A stretch of 64,000 bases of DNA, taken from the NCBI GenBank assembly GCA_051294375.1, contig CM119265.1, positions 4,710,421-4,774,420 on the forward strand. Direction: 5' to 3'. Below, piece after piece: positions 1 through 13,859 of the stretch. This DNA comes from Paraspadella gotoi. Taxonomy: Eukaryota; Animalia; Chaetognatha. Numbering within the stretch: the first letter of the stretch is position 1; every line of letters begins with the position of its first letter. A model generated the notes under the pieces. That model worked only from the letters and a program-made list of their open reading frames with translations. It had not been told where the DNA came from and made no database searches. Position numbers and translations under genes: made by a program.

Positions 1-1383
1 GTGTCGTGGACCGTCGAGATGCCATGTTTTTAATTACCACACGGTTTGAGATTCGTCGGAAATTATAAAACTACCATGGGCCATCTAATCTTGTCTGCAT
101 TCAGCCTTATCTCAACGAGCGGGTGAATTTACTTCTTTTCAACTGTTCCTCCAAGGTTGGATCTCGGTTCTCTGGCTAAATGCAATAGGAACTTATTAAT
201 AACAGAATGTGCCATTTGAGAAGATTTCCCACGCTTCGGTCATCACTGACAATCCAACTATTGCTCTAATAGAATATTTAAAAATTTTATAAAATAAAAT
301 AGATTTGTTATTTTTCTTTCATTTCTCTGGTGTAAGTTTAAAAAGAGAAAAATTAAAATAAAAAAATCTAATTTTGATAAGTAACAGCAATGATAATGAA
401 AAATGAACAACCCGTTGTTACTTGAACCTATTCGTTTTATCTCCGTGTCCGTCAGGTCGAGAGAGAAAGAGTTAAATCGATCCGCAATTCGATCCTCTCC
501 ATCTTCATGTGCGACGAAAACTTTGGGCTGGGACGAAGGTGGGGGGGAGAGAGAGAGAGAGCGGACGTTGGCGCCACCCGATAGCGTGGGGAAAGATGAG
601 GTGGCGCCGGACGGGATTATCCGGCGCCGATTCGCTGGCGGAGAGAGGGGGCGTGGTTGTGGGCGTGGTTGACGCCGGAGATTCTAGAGAAAATGGCTCC
701 CGTTTGGTTGGGCCAGAATTTTGTGGAATCTCGGTGTCGTGGAGATGGTGACGAGTTCCAGGCAGGACTATGAGAATGCCAACCAGGATTGCTTTAATAA
801 TTGTACGTGTGATTTGTTCGGTCGATCGATCGTTCGCTATAGAGCGCGATGAATGATCGCGCGGCAAGGATGCTTGCTATTAGTCATTTGTCTCCCTTTG
901 ATCGACCGATCGTGCCAAGAATTACGATCGCGTCGGGGCAACAACAACGACGACAACAATCGGTTTCTTCTTACATTCTCCCACTGATTATCTTGTTCGC
1001 CTTGTTTCTCTCCTTCCTTCTTAACGCCGCTAAGGTCGTTGTCGTAGCGGCGCCGTCGTCGTCCTCGTCGTCGTCATCGTCGTCGTCGTCGGGCGACGCC
1101 GTCTCGGGTTTCCATTGGCTGTCGTCATAAATCGAAACTTGGAGAGACACGAAAATCATCGAAAGTGAAAAGAGGTTAAACCAGCGCCTTTTTCGTGTCT
1201 CCGACTCCGTAACTCATTAGGTTTTACTCGAGGGTGGTATTTGCTTTTATAACTTTATACGAACCGGGTTACTTGGGGGGATTAAAAATGGAATGGAAGG
1301 GTCTCCGTTGAGAGATTGACATTTATTAAGTTCTTTTTTTTGTGTGGCTTTTTAATAAGTATTTTTTTATAAGATTATACTTT

Positions 1384-1512
<129 letters not shown>

Positions 1513-2751
1513 ACAGACAAGGACCTCGATTGGCCAATCATCGCTTTCGGTTCACAATCTTGTTGAATCTCTAGTGTGTTTGTTTTGTTATCGGAATATT
1601 CACGATTTTTTTTTCAAAAATATAAAAAATAAAAATATAATCAGACTCTCGAACAAATCGCCTCAGGCGCCGTGCAGAGTTGACAAAGCGATAGAATTAA
1701 AAAAAAAAAACTAACAAAAGACAAAAGAAAAATATAAGAATAGAAAAAGAGAAAACAATAAATGAGACCAAAAAAAGTTTCCTTACAATAAAGCTACGCG
1801 GGAGCTCTCAATCTCAATAATAAAAAAAAACAGTATTTTGAAAAGAAAACCAAAATAAATTTTCTCAAAAACGAAAAAAAAAAAATAATACGAAATTTTT
1901 TCTTTTCTTCGTGAATTTTGTTTTGATTTGAGGTTTTTAAGTTTCTCCGCAATAAAAAAAAAACTGTTTTGATTCGATGTCTTTAAACGGGATCGACTTT
2001 GAATGTTTATGATCGAATCGGGAGAAGAGGTCACGGTTGCTTCGATAAAGTAATTGAGAGGCTTTGTGTCTTTGGTCTCCTTCCTTTTTGGCAAACAATA
2101 ATAAGTCTCTTAGTCTCTTAGTCTCTCTCTCTCAGTATCTGTCTCTCTCTCTGTCTCTACGACCCCCGCATCGTAAACGCCACCTTCTTCGTTTGCTCCC
2201 CTCGTCCTCGACCCAACCCGGGGCCGACGATCTAAACGACAACTTAAGCCGACGAACCCGGGGCCGACAAATCTGGACGACAAACCAAGACGACCACATT
2301 TACAAGACTTTGGCAGGCACGGTCGACGGACTTATAAATAGGACGAACGTTATTATTGTTTTGTTTTTTTCGAATCTTCTTCTCCCGTCGTCCATGTCAG
2401 GTTCGTCATTACCGTGTCATGCGCGACGTCGATGTCATAAGCGTCATCTCCGTCGCGCCTCGAGACGTCGGCGTCTTCGTCGCCCTCGTCGTCGTTCGAC
2501 TCTCGTGTTCCAAGTCGTAATTGTCCAAAATGTCAAACTTTCTACTTTTTTTTCTTATGAAGAATCAATTTATGAGGCTCGCTCTTCCTTCAAACCCGTA
2601 AAAAAAAAAAGAGATAGAGAGAGAGAGAGAGAGAGTTATATTTTTCTTCCGTTTAAATACAATTTTGCTTCGAAATTTACGTCTTCCTCGAAGCGGTACG
2701 GACGAAATGAGCTTTCGCGTCGGGCGAACTGATTTTGTCCTGACCAAAGTA

Positions 2752-2817
<66 letters not shown>

Positions 2818-2820
2818 GTC
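2752..2820. repeat. (GTC)n microsatellite
   Basis: GTC run with one GCC interruption; explains the poly-V and poly-R ORFs. Confidence 0.97.
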
Positions 2821-3672
2821 TCATTTTTGTCGTCGTCTTCCCAGGAGGGACCTTGTAATCATGGATGTAGGACAGACTTGAATGGCCGAGTCGAAGCAGG
2901 GGTGATTAGTGGAACATTTCCTTGACCAATTTTGCAGGGAATGATAAATCACGGAATATTTTTTATATTCTCTAGCCTTGTATGCCTCATATGTTTCATC
3001 AATTTTATAAACTGAGGATTTACTTTACGATTAAATTTTTAACTAAAATAACCTTACATAGTTTGTATTCGACCCAACCGTCAACCACGACCTCCCGATG
3101 CTTCTCTTTTGCGAAAACGAGAACTTGATGGTTTTCCCGGTTGAGCGGTGCGCTGCGCCACGCTGTTCAGCTCTGCGCTACGCGGCGCTGCGGATGGAAT
3201 CCATTCGGGCGCGTATCCATGGAGACGACATCACATCAACTCAATGTCGTTCCGTCGTCGTCCTCATTTTCATCGTCCTTATATTCGAACCAGAGAGTCA
3301 AAACTTTTTTTATAAGAATTTGTAATCGAATAGACTAGGCATTAGTGAACTTTAAATCGAGCTTCGATCTTTCTCGACCTATTCTCTCGGCTCAGTCTTC
3401 AATGTCTTCAGTGTGGAAGATAAGTCATTAACATTTTCATTGTTATTTTTATTTTTTTCCCTTCTTCTCTTTTTCTCACTTAGCCGCACATTGTTGTTAT
3501 CTCTTCTACTCCCCTCTCACAACTAAATCGAGAATCACCCAAAAATTTCCGAATCCTCATCTTCGGCTAAATTGACGGAAGCCGAGCGAAAATTAGAATA
3601 ACGGAATCCCTCAAAAACCGAGAAAAAAAAAAGAAAATCTGATTAAAAAAGTGAGATGGAGCCGATTTTGCA

Positions 3673-3688
3673 GACGACGACGACGACG

Positions 3689-3720
<32 letters not shown>
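3673..3720. repeat. (GAC)n microsatellite
   Basis: GAC run with one GTC interruption. Confidence 0.95.
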
Positions 3721-5613
3721 TACGGAAGTGACGTCACCACCCACGCCATCTGTCGCCGAAATGTTTTCGTTCCATCGAACGACCGCGCTCGCGGTTCGAA
3801 GACGTTATCGACGAGCGCCTTGCGGCGAAGTTATCGAGGATCTCCCCGTTCCGCGCGAGAGGAGCCCGACCGATCAGCCCCTCGCATCCCCGCGAAACAG
3901 AAAGAATTATGTTTCGGAAGTAACAGAAATTCCGTCGTTTGGATTTTAGGGGGGGGGTTCTGCGGGGATGGGGGAGGGATCGATAAGGGTTTGAAAAAAA
4001 AAAAGGTTAATGAGGAAAGAGAAATTTAATTAGCCTACTTTCGAAGCTTGGAAAGAGTTAAGGAAAAGAAAATAAAAGGAGATTAGACAAGCTGTTGTCT
4101 TAACGAATCAGAGTTTAGGATAAGCTGACGAGAAGCTATTATAATATTTTGTGAATTTCCCCCTCCCAAAAAAGAAACTATCACTTTTCACGTATGTACT
4201 ACTGTGTATTAAATTCAGCTACATTCCCACCAAGACCAAGAATAAGACAAACGATCTTTTGTTTCATCATTGGTTGTTGTCAAGTAAATGACTTTGTGTT
4301 ATTCTCGGACGCGGCCGACCGTGAAAAACAGGGCGCGCTGTACATCTGTGAAAGAAAAAAGCTCGGGTGGTTGGGGTGGCGTAGGGAGAAGGGTCAGCAA
4401 ACTGAGTCGAATTTGTTGTGAAGACTCGCCTGAGGCAGAGCAATGCATGAGGTTGCCATGGCAAAGGCCTCGAGCTATCGTCCGCATTCCGTCGAAATCG
4501 GTCTCATACACTGACCGATTGCGGTTTTCGAGAAACGATTTACCTCCAAAAGAAATAGTATAACATTAACAAATTCATTTATTTTGTAAATGATACTGTG
4601 GATAAAGTATACGTCCATATACTCCTACCGCACCGAAAAAAAACTCCTACGTTGAGATCGAGAAGATCCTTCGCTTCGCCGAGCGCGACGAAGATTCCAT
4701 CTCATTCCCCGCGTGCACGACGCACGACGCACGACGCGCCCTCGGATTCACTGCTTCACCGCTCGCGTGAATTATCGGCGTGCATGCGCGGTTCGATCGG
4801 GACGCCGACGGGGAAGTGGAACGCGGTACGAGGAAGGGATGGGGGGATCGCGTCGTGAGACTGAGAGGATTCCGAAACTTGGTGAGGGCATGAGGAGGAG
4901 GGGGAGGATGAGGAGGAAGAGGAGAGGGGAAATTGAGAAAGAGTACTTTGACCGAAAAGATAAGGAGGAAGGCGTGTCAAATTTAACAATTACATCGTAT
5001 ACTCTGCAGCGAAATTGTCAAGTCAATACATCTCACATCTCAAGGCACTACGAATGTCGATAAAAACGGCGAGTGACGTGCGAGAGATTCATAATTTGAC
5101 AAAATATGTTAAAAAAGTAATCTCAAAATTAGCGATATTTTTGTTCGAAACAACCCAGGAAGCAGTAGGTTATTTGAAACCCTCAAGAGGTTCATCCTCT
5201 GTGACTGGTGATTGTTCTCCTTTTCTAAAGACAGTTAATTCCTTCGCGACGTTACTGTCTTTGTCCAACGTTTTTATCAACGAAAACAAAGCAGCCTCCA
5301 TATCGACGATGTATCATCTGTTCGATCCGATTGATCTTCCAATTTCGCCACCGGCTCCTTCATAACGCAAACCACGAAAAATCCCGCTGGCGTTAATTAC
5401 GAAACCGTAATCCGGTAATAAATGAACGTCTTCGTTCCCTCAAAACGGGAAAAAGTCAATATGTCGCGTTGTAATAGTTACACGCACGACAGAAGCTCCG
5501 AGGCGCCACCAAACGTCGGAGGCAGGCGGAGACGAACGAACACGGACGGACGAACGGACGAACTAACGAACGACGGCGCCGGGACGTCTCCCGAATTAGT
5601 CACGATGTAAGGA

Positions 5614-5706
<93 letters not shown>
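5614..5706. repeat. (AG)n microsatellite
   Basis: AG dinucleotide run with one irregularity. Confidence 0.97.
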
Positions 5707-5711
<5 letters not shown>

Positions 5712-6273
5712 AGGACAGAGACAAAAAAGGCCCAGGAATCCATTAAACATTCGCCACGCTATAATTCGTATCACGTTCTCCATTAATCTCGATTATTTTG
5801 TTCGTCGGCGTCAATTAATGATTTTATTTCGTGACTAAATATGGTAATGTCTCTCGCTCTCTTCTTGGTCGCGAAAAGGTATCCGGTTTCGCCAGCGGTC
5901 GCGCTCGCTGGAGTTAATGGTAACGCGTCGTTAACGGCGTCGGGCTAATGTGTTTTCTAGTGACTTCTTTTTTTTTACAAAAGACCTCGTACCAAATACC
6001 ATGTTTCACGTTGTTCCTGCAATTTTTGTTCTTTTTCCTGTTTTCGCCAAAGTCGTGCGAATCGCAATTAAAGCGGAGAAAGTCGTGCCTTAATCGAGTC
6101 AGTGCCGCGTGGAATAGATTATTCCATTAGTTTTAATGCGAATTAGTTCCATTCCCGCGGACCGCGTTTCCATTAATCAAATTAGCTCGCCTTATCACCT
6201 TCGCTCCGTCTTTCCATGCCACGACTTCTAGTATCGAACGCTCTCTCTCTCTCTCTCTCTCTCTCCTCTTCTC

Positions 6274-6315
<42 letters not shown>

Positions 6316-7994
6316 TCCCCCAAATAAGAATTCGTATTCATTAAAAAAACAATGACGAGAAAGCGCGCTAAGACGTTGATCTTTTGCAAAAACAGGTTTG
6401 GAATGAAAACCAAGAAAAATAATAAAACGATTAAAGCTAAAGAAAAGAAAAAAACAGAGGAGATAAATGCGACTGAAAAAAAAAACAACTTAAGATTAAA
6501 GGTAAAACAGGGGCGAATTGATTACAACTCCAACTAACGGCGAAATATCGCGATTGGTCGACAAAAATTGTTTTCTCCTGAAAAGTTGGATTTGTGACTT
6601 ATTGAGAACAAAGAAGATCCCATTCAAAGCCGAGCTCCTTTGAAAGGAGAATAATACATTTCCTGATGCTGAAAGAACCAAGGACGGCACACAATGACAG
6701 ACGGTGTTAAATTAGATGGCAGACGGCATCCAACAGCCTTAAATTAAAAACACTTTTTTTTTTTAATTTTTCGCCCTTTTTAAACGATGTTTCTCTTTAA
6801 CTTTTTTTTCTCACTGCCTTTTTCATTCACTCTCAATTCTTTCCCTTTTCATGAGGTCAAAGTCACAGTCACAGTCGTTGATTCTTCAGCAAGAAAATGG
6901 ACAAAACTGTAAAATAGCTCGTCAGCTTTAATTGAGAGTTAAAATGTGATTAGGATAAAATATTTTTAAAAAAGTTGTTTTTCTTCCCATCAACCCATCA
7001 GGGCGTTCAGTATTGGGCTAAAAAAACTTATCGGAAAAGGAGGAAAAAAGCACAAGGGGAACAGAAAAGTCAAAACAGGTGATTTAACTAAAAAAAAGTC
7101 TGGCCTGAACAATTTAAAGGAAATAAACAAACAAGCCGACAAACAATAAAACAAACTTTTTTTTCCGCCAAAGAACTAGAAAAAAATTTTCGAATAAATA
7201 AGGATAAAAAAAATTCATTTGTTTGTTTTTGTTTTGAGAGGGAACCTTGGGTTTTTTTACTTTAATAAACATAAACAGATTTAGAAATCTCATAAAAAAT
7301 CGATTTGTTCGATGTTGTTTTTGGAATTACAACCTCATTTAAAGTTATTTTGATAAAAGAAAAATAATCTTTACAAAAAAAAGGAAATAAAATGTATTTA
7401 TCATTCTCTGTGAATTATCTTGCTGAAGAAAAGGAAATTTGAAATTCATTGTTGGGTTTAAAGTTGAGTTTTAAAGCTCCAAATTTATTTATAAATACTA
7501 AACGAATAACTTGAGGCGATTGAACACCAAAAGCGACATCAATGAAGTTATGAATTTCTAGTTAAATTTCATAAAAAAGTTGGATAATAAAATCGCACGG
7601 TCTGTTTTATTAGGTCGGAGAAAAATATAATTTGGAGTTTCTATGTAGATCTAGAATTAAAGCAAAAAAAAAAGCGAGCATTCTAGATTTTCGAGCCTCT
7701 CATATCTCGGTACTTCATCCCGTCTCTAAGAATGACAGATCGATTCGAAGCCGTTGACGTTTTGAAGAGAAAAAAAAAATGAAAGGAGAAAGAGAAAATA
7801 GAAAGAAAAATGAAAGAAAAGTGAAAAATATGAAAGGAATAGAAAAAAAAATATAGAAGAGCTTCCATTCTTTATCAACGTACGCAGTTTTCTTTTCACT
7901 CGCTCACAAGACGCTAGACGTCATTTCGTGTACCGTCGCATCGCAAAATCGTGAATGGGAAGTTGGAGTGGCTTCGTTTCACCGCCGGCGGACG

Positions 7995-8040
<46 letters not shown>

Positions 8041-8201
8041 GACGAAGACGACGATGACGACGAAGACGACGATGACGACGATGACGACGAAGACGACATG
8101 GAAAGAAGACGACGAAGAGACGAAGACGACGAAGGACGAGAGACCGGACGACAGAAACGACGACGGACGACGAAGACGACGACGACGACGACGACGACGA
8201 C
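7995..8201. repeat. Degenerate (GAC/GAT/GAA)n trinucleotide array
   Basis: About 200 bp of GAC-based triplets; explains the T/D/R-run ORFs at 7914-8337. Confidence 0.93.
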
Positions 8202-9832
8202 CACGAACTCGATGATCATTTGGAAAAGTGTGTATCATTTTTTTTTTCACGCTCGCGATATTCAATAGGTAAAAGTAAACTGTTTGTAATTTTTCTTTTC
8301 TTCTGAGTTCTGACCATGTGGTATCGGATAAAACCAAAAGAACTGAAAAAGAGAAAAGTATTCGTCAGAAATATAGATACAGTAGATAGAGTAGATAGAG
8401 AGAGAGAAAGAGTGGAAATCGGGAGAGAGAAGGAAAGAAGGAAAGAACGAAAGAGTAGAAATTATCCAAAAAAAAAGAAGAAGAAATGAATATAAAGACG
8501 AATTCACACCTTGAATCTTCGGTGATTTGGTCGAGGGGGGGGGGAATCTCGATAGCCACGGGCGACGTTCCTTTCCCCTTAACGGAGACAAAATAGGTGA
8601 CGACGCGAGTGAACGAGCATCTGTCAAAATCGTCTTAAAATTACGGCGAAAGTGACGCGTCATTTGGGCGGCGACGGCGCCAGGGACGACAGCGTTTGGT
8701 GCCGAGGTGTCGTGAATTATTATTAAGCGCCGATGTCTCGGAGAAGGTCGACGCCGTCCTCGACGTCACTAGACGCTGGAGCAACTACGTCACGGGTTGA
8801 CGATGACGATGCTGAGTCATCCACTTAAATATTACTTTATGGATGCGGCGACGCATCTTGGTAACTGTATTAAAACAGGAAATTTCTTAGAACAATGAGG
8901 AATGATGATTATGATTATTCTAAAAGACGATATAAAAATTGAAAAAAAATTGGGAAAGAACAGAAATTGAAAAAGTTTAGTTTTGAGTAAGGCATATTGA
9001 CGTGTTTAGGACAATAATAGCAATAATAAGTGTAGTTTAGTATTTAAGATGCAATCAGTTTCTCAAGAAAAGTTTTTTTCAGCGATTGTCAAATTTATTT
9101 CGTTCAGAACGTCACACTTCATTACTACCCTAATTTTCTCCCAAAAAAGCTCCAGCGGTGAAGGCTCGTAGAAAACAATTNNNNNNNNNNNNNNNNNNNN
9201 NNNNNTCGGGACTCTGTCCGGGCACATCTTACAATAAAGCGGAGGATAGCATACTTCTCATGGTCGAATGATCCGCGTATTGTTAAAAAAACGCGTAAAT
9301 TCTCTTTTACAGGGTCAGTGCGTAGGAATTGTGCGTTTCTTTCGTCGCTTCTGTATTAAAAAATTCAAAGTGAAATTCGGCTTTAAAATCCGTTTCCGGG
9401 GTCGGAGAGAATAGCGGACTCGGTTCGGTCCGGTTGTCGTACGCGTCTTTCAGGATAAAAAATTCGGGATGGTTGTTGACGGTCGGTCCATATCTTCGGT
9501 TTTTAATGCGACTTTCTGGGGCACTGGTAAGGAACTTTCGTGAACTCGGTCACGGTTCCTCTCGCTTTCCGTTGCTATTAACCGTATCGATGCATCCGGT
9601 CGCGCGATCCGGACTATGGTTCGGTCGGTCGGTCTGGTCCGATCGAGGAAGAACGTAAGAAGGATCAAGAGGCAACAAAAGCTTCGGGATGAATAAATAT
9701 TATACCGGGGCAGAGAGAATCGAAGAAATAAAACAAATCAGCATATATTCATATCCGTTCCTCTCTCTCTCTCTCATCTTCTCTCTTCGTCTCTTCTCTC
9801 TCTCTCTCTCTTCTCTCTGCTCTAGACATCGA

Positions 9833-10160
9833 GAGGGAGTCATGTGATCAGTCCACGTGATCAAAAAGTCAATTGACCGCGAGAAGGACGTGATCCCAGC
9901 CAGGACAAAGAGAACGACGACGACGAACCATAACGACGACGGCGATAACGAGGACGACGACGACTACGAACGAGGAGGTCAATTATTATCGCCACTATAA
10001 TTATCGACCGTCGCTGATAACGATCCGTTTTTGACCCAAATCCAAAAGGATAATTATCTTCTTTTTTTTTTATCCTTTTCATTCAACAAAATCAAAGGTA
10101 CATTAATCAATAATCAACCCAGCTATCGATTGAAAAATAGTTCTTGACAACATGTAATTT
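9833..10160 (+). repeat. Direct repeat, copy 1 (partner 20637-20984)
   Basis: gagggagtcatgtgatcagtccacgtgatcaaaaagtcaattga...ttcttgacaacatg recurs at 20637 with scattered indels; upstream flanks (~9390-9830 vs ~20050-20635) are also loosely similar. Confidence 0.92.
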
Positions 10161-10161
10161 T

Positions 10162-11943
10162 TACAAATTGTGTGACCCGGTTTACTTAGTTTTTTTTGTG
10201 GCGATTTAAATTAGGACACCTTTGGTGCTTTGCTTGAAATTTCATTGCATTACGCATTGTATTTTTTTTATCTCACTCTTTTTACTTCTACCACCTGGGC
10301 GCAGTGACGTAAAACGTCGAATAGCGTTGAACAAATATCTGGACAAACGGAGGAGACGCCATCTCTTCGGGATCAGAGGAACCTTCATCCTTTAAACAAA
10401 CTCAATGTGACGAAATAAAACTGACGTCGATGAAGCGACGACGACGATGACGACGACGAAAGGAATTCGTGACTGACCCACTGAGGTCAAGATTTTTTTT
10501 TTCTCGGAGACGAGAATCAATATCAAGCGAGGACTCGCTCTTCAAAATTGAGCTATGATTGGTTTTTTTATTTCTTATTGGACTCTGTTATTGGTCGACT
10601 CCTTTAGTCGTAATAAACCGTTTTTGTCCTCGGTGGGGTTGTCACGAAACAAGCAAAGCAAAAGGAGAAAAAACGGAAGAATCGCGGCGGGTGAGTGGAT
10701 GAGGAAGAGGTGAGGTGCCACTGCTTCAGAGCGTGGGTGGATAGTAGGTTCTCGTAGTAGGATTTTTAATGGGGCGTGGGGAAAAAAATGAGTTAAATTC
10801 AGTTAATTTAAATATAATCAGAAAGTTTGTTGATCATTTTTAACATGTTTGTATCCGGGTTTGTTTTCTGAATATTTTTTTAAGAAATTTTCATTTATTT
10901 AATATAGTCGGGAGCTTCGTTTTATGAAACACGGATGAACGTCCAGCCTGCGAACTTTAGACAATTTTAGTATGTATAAGCAGCCATTAGAGAATAAGAC
11001 GACCAAACTATAAGGCAACATTAATTGGGTTTTCTATCTTTGCCCAGCCTTATCCAGATCTTTCTTGAAAACTCATCTAAATGCTTCCTAATAGATCGTT
11101 ACAATAATACTACAATATGCAAATTATCTTAAACTTCCCCATCCTATCCTCTCCCGGGCGATCATCGACGGAGGTCAAGATCGAAGGTCGAGCGAAGACG
11201 AAAGCAAAACAATGAAGAGTAAATGAAGCCAGAGAGACAGAGAAAGCTCTCCTTCGCCCGCGAGCGACGCCCTTTTGTTTATTTGTTTTCGTGGAGGAAA
11301 TGTTTTTAAAACATTCGCCGTTGGACTCTGGGAGGATTTTCTTCCGCCGGTTTGAGGGGCGTCGATCCTCTCGAGAACAGAAATGGATTTCCGGAGCAGG
11401 TTTTTTTTTTTGCATTGTTGAATTGTTTGTTTTGACGATCGAAATTTTAAGGGAGTTTCTATGGTCGGAGTTGGCATAATATGATCGAATCGAAATAAAA
11501 GATTGATAAAAACAAATAGAAAGAAAATAATATATATTTTCAATTGGATACGGAGTCCCCGAGGTCCGAAAGATGTTCTGTCAAAATTTCGAATGTCCTT
11601 CTCAATAAGAGTTCGAAATTAAAAGAAATTGAGAATTTATCTCTCTCGCCGGATTGTTGGCGGTCGACGCGATTTCGTAAAAAAAAAAAAAAAAAAAAGA
11701 AAAGAAAAACTCATTTATTCCGTTTTATTTTCTTCTCTTTCGGCGACAAACGAACCCAAATTGATTTGCGACGGAGACAAAACTGAAAACGAATTAAAGT
11801 CGCCTTCCACGTCTTTTGTTTTCTCTCCGCGAGGATGTTTTCCTTTTTTTCATTCTTTATATTTTTTTTGCGCGAGAAATGGTAATTATTTTCAATTATA
11901 AAATCGAGAGAGAAAAAAAGAAATTTAATTCGACCAGTGAGGG
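10162..11943 (+). repeat. Left arm of ~1.8 kb inverted repeat
   Basis: Reverse complement of 12074-13834, e.g. aaatttaattcgaccagtgaggg vs ccctcactggtcgaattaaattt; mirrored ORFs 11110-11543(-) vs 12408-12867(+). Confidence 0.97.
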
Positions 11944-11944
11944 A

Positions 11945-12037
<93 letters not shown>

Positions 12038-12073
12038 TCCTCCAATTAATGTTTATCGCGTAGTTAAGGAGAT
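11944..12073. other. Palindrome spacer resembling a degraded PacBio SMRTbell hairpin adapter with expanded CT tract
   Basis: Starts ATCTCTCTC, contains CTCCATCTCCTCC, ends GTAGTTAAGGAGAT; compare adapter ATCTCTCTCTTTTCCTCCTCCTCCGTTGTTGTTGTTGAGAGAGAT. It lies exactly at the symmetry axis. Confidence 0.65.
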
Positions 12074-13834
12074 CCCTCACTGGTCGAATTAAATTTCTTT
12101 TTTCTCTCTCGATTTTATAATTGAAAATAATTACCATTTCTCGCGCAAAAAAATTAAAGAATGAAAAAAAAAAGGAAACATCCTCGCGGAGAGAAAACAA
12201 AAGACGTGGAAGGCGACTTTAATTCGTTTTTCAGTTTTGTCTCCGTCGCAAATCAATTTGGGTTCGTTTGTCGCCGAAGAGAAGAAATAAAACGGAATAA
12301 ATTGAGTTTTTTTTTCTTTTTTTTTTTTTTTTACGAAAACTCGCGTCGACCGCCAACAATCCGGCGAGAGAGATAAATTCTCAATTTCTTTTAATTTCGA
12401 ACTCTTATTGAAAGGACATCGAAATTTTGACAGGAACATCTTCGGCCCCTCGGGACTCCGTATCCAATATGAAAATATATTATTTTCTTCTTCTTTTTAT
12501 CATCTTTTTTTCGATTCGTCATATATGCCAACCTCCGACCATAGAAACTCCCTTAAAATTTCGATCGTCAAAACAAACAGGTCAACAATGCAAAAAAAAA
12601 CCTGCTCCGGAAATCCATTTCTGTTCTCGAGAGAATCGACGCCCCTCAAACCGGCGGAAGAAAATCCTCCCAAGTCCAACGGCGAATGTTTTAAAACATT
12701 TCCTCCCACGAAAACAAATAAACAAAAGGGCGTCGCTCGCGGGCGAAGGAGCTTTCTCTGTCTCTCTGGCTTCATTTACTCTTCATTGTTTTGCTTTCGT
12801 CTTCGCTCGACCTTCGATCTTGACCTCCGTCGATGATCGCCGGGAGAGGATAGGATGGGAAGTTTAAGATAATTTGCATATTGTAGTATTATTGTAACGA
12901 TCTATTAAGGAAGCATTAGATGAGTTTTCAAGAAAGATCTGGGGATAAGGCTGGGCAAAAGATAGAAAACCCAATTAATGTTGCCTTGATAGTTTGGTCG
13001 TCTTATTCTCTAATGGCTGCTTTATACATACTAAAATTGTCTAAAGTTCGCAGGCTGGACGTTTCATCCGTTTCATAAACGAAGCTCCCGACATCATTAA
13101 ATAAAATGAAAATTCTTAAAAAATTATTCAGAAAACAAACCCGGATACAAACATGTTAAAAATGATCAACAACTTTTCTGATTATATTTAAATTAACTGA
13201 ATTTAACTCATTTTTTTCCCCACGCCCCATTAAATCCTATACGAGAGACCTACTCATCCACCCACGCTCTGAAGCAGTGGCACCTCACCTTCCTCATCCA
13301 CTCACCCGCCGCGATCTTCCCCAGTTTTTTCTCCTTTTGCTTTGCTTTTTCGTGACAACCCCACCGAGGACAAAAACGGTTTATTACCGACTAAAGGAGT
13401 CGACCAATAACAGAGTCCAATAAGAAATAAAAAACCAATCATAGGCTCAATTTTGAAGAGCGAGTCCTCGCTGTGATATTGATTCTCGCTCCGAGAAAAA
13501 AAAAAATCTTGACCTCAGTGGGTCAGTCACGAATTCCTTTCGTCGTCGTCATCGTCGTCGTCGTCATCGACGTCAGTTTTATTTCGTCACATTGAGTTTT
13601 GTTTAAAGGATATGAAGGTTTCCTCTGCATCCCGAGAGATTGGCGTCCGTCCGTTTGTCCCAGATAATTTTTCAACGCTATTCGACGTTACTGCGCCCAG
13701 GTGGTAGAAGTAAAAAGAGTGAGATAAAAAAATACAATGCGTAATGCAAATGAAATTCAAGCAAAGCACCAAAGGTTGTCCTAATTTAAATCGCCACAAA
13801 AAAAACTAAGTAAACCGGGCACACCAAGTTTGTA
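12074..13834 (-). repeat. Right arm of ~1.8 kb inverted repeat, ends at a 25-N gap
   Basis: Ends ...taaaccgggcacaccaagtttgta, the reverse complement of tacaaattgtgtgacccggtttac at 10162; arms differ mostly by 1-bp indels. Confidence 0.97.
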
Positions 13835-13859
13835 NNNNNNNNNNNNNNNNNNNNNNNNN

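Noticed and set aside
128-182. Minus-strand microexon (PENRDPTLEEQLKR) between tttag and gtaaat
   Set aside because: Splice signals of this strength are common by chance; no supporting context.
5780-6190. Cluster of TAAT/ATTA homeodomain-like sites; AP-1-like sites at ~26320-26465
   Set aside because: Short motifs in AT-rich DNA; not distinguishable from background by eye.
7914-8337. Poly-T/D/R/V ORFs, and similar ones at 849-1159, 2636-2925, 3656-3949 and 32031-32456
   Set aside because: Translations of (GAC/GTC)n microsatellites that are open in several frames on both strands.
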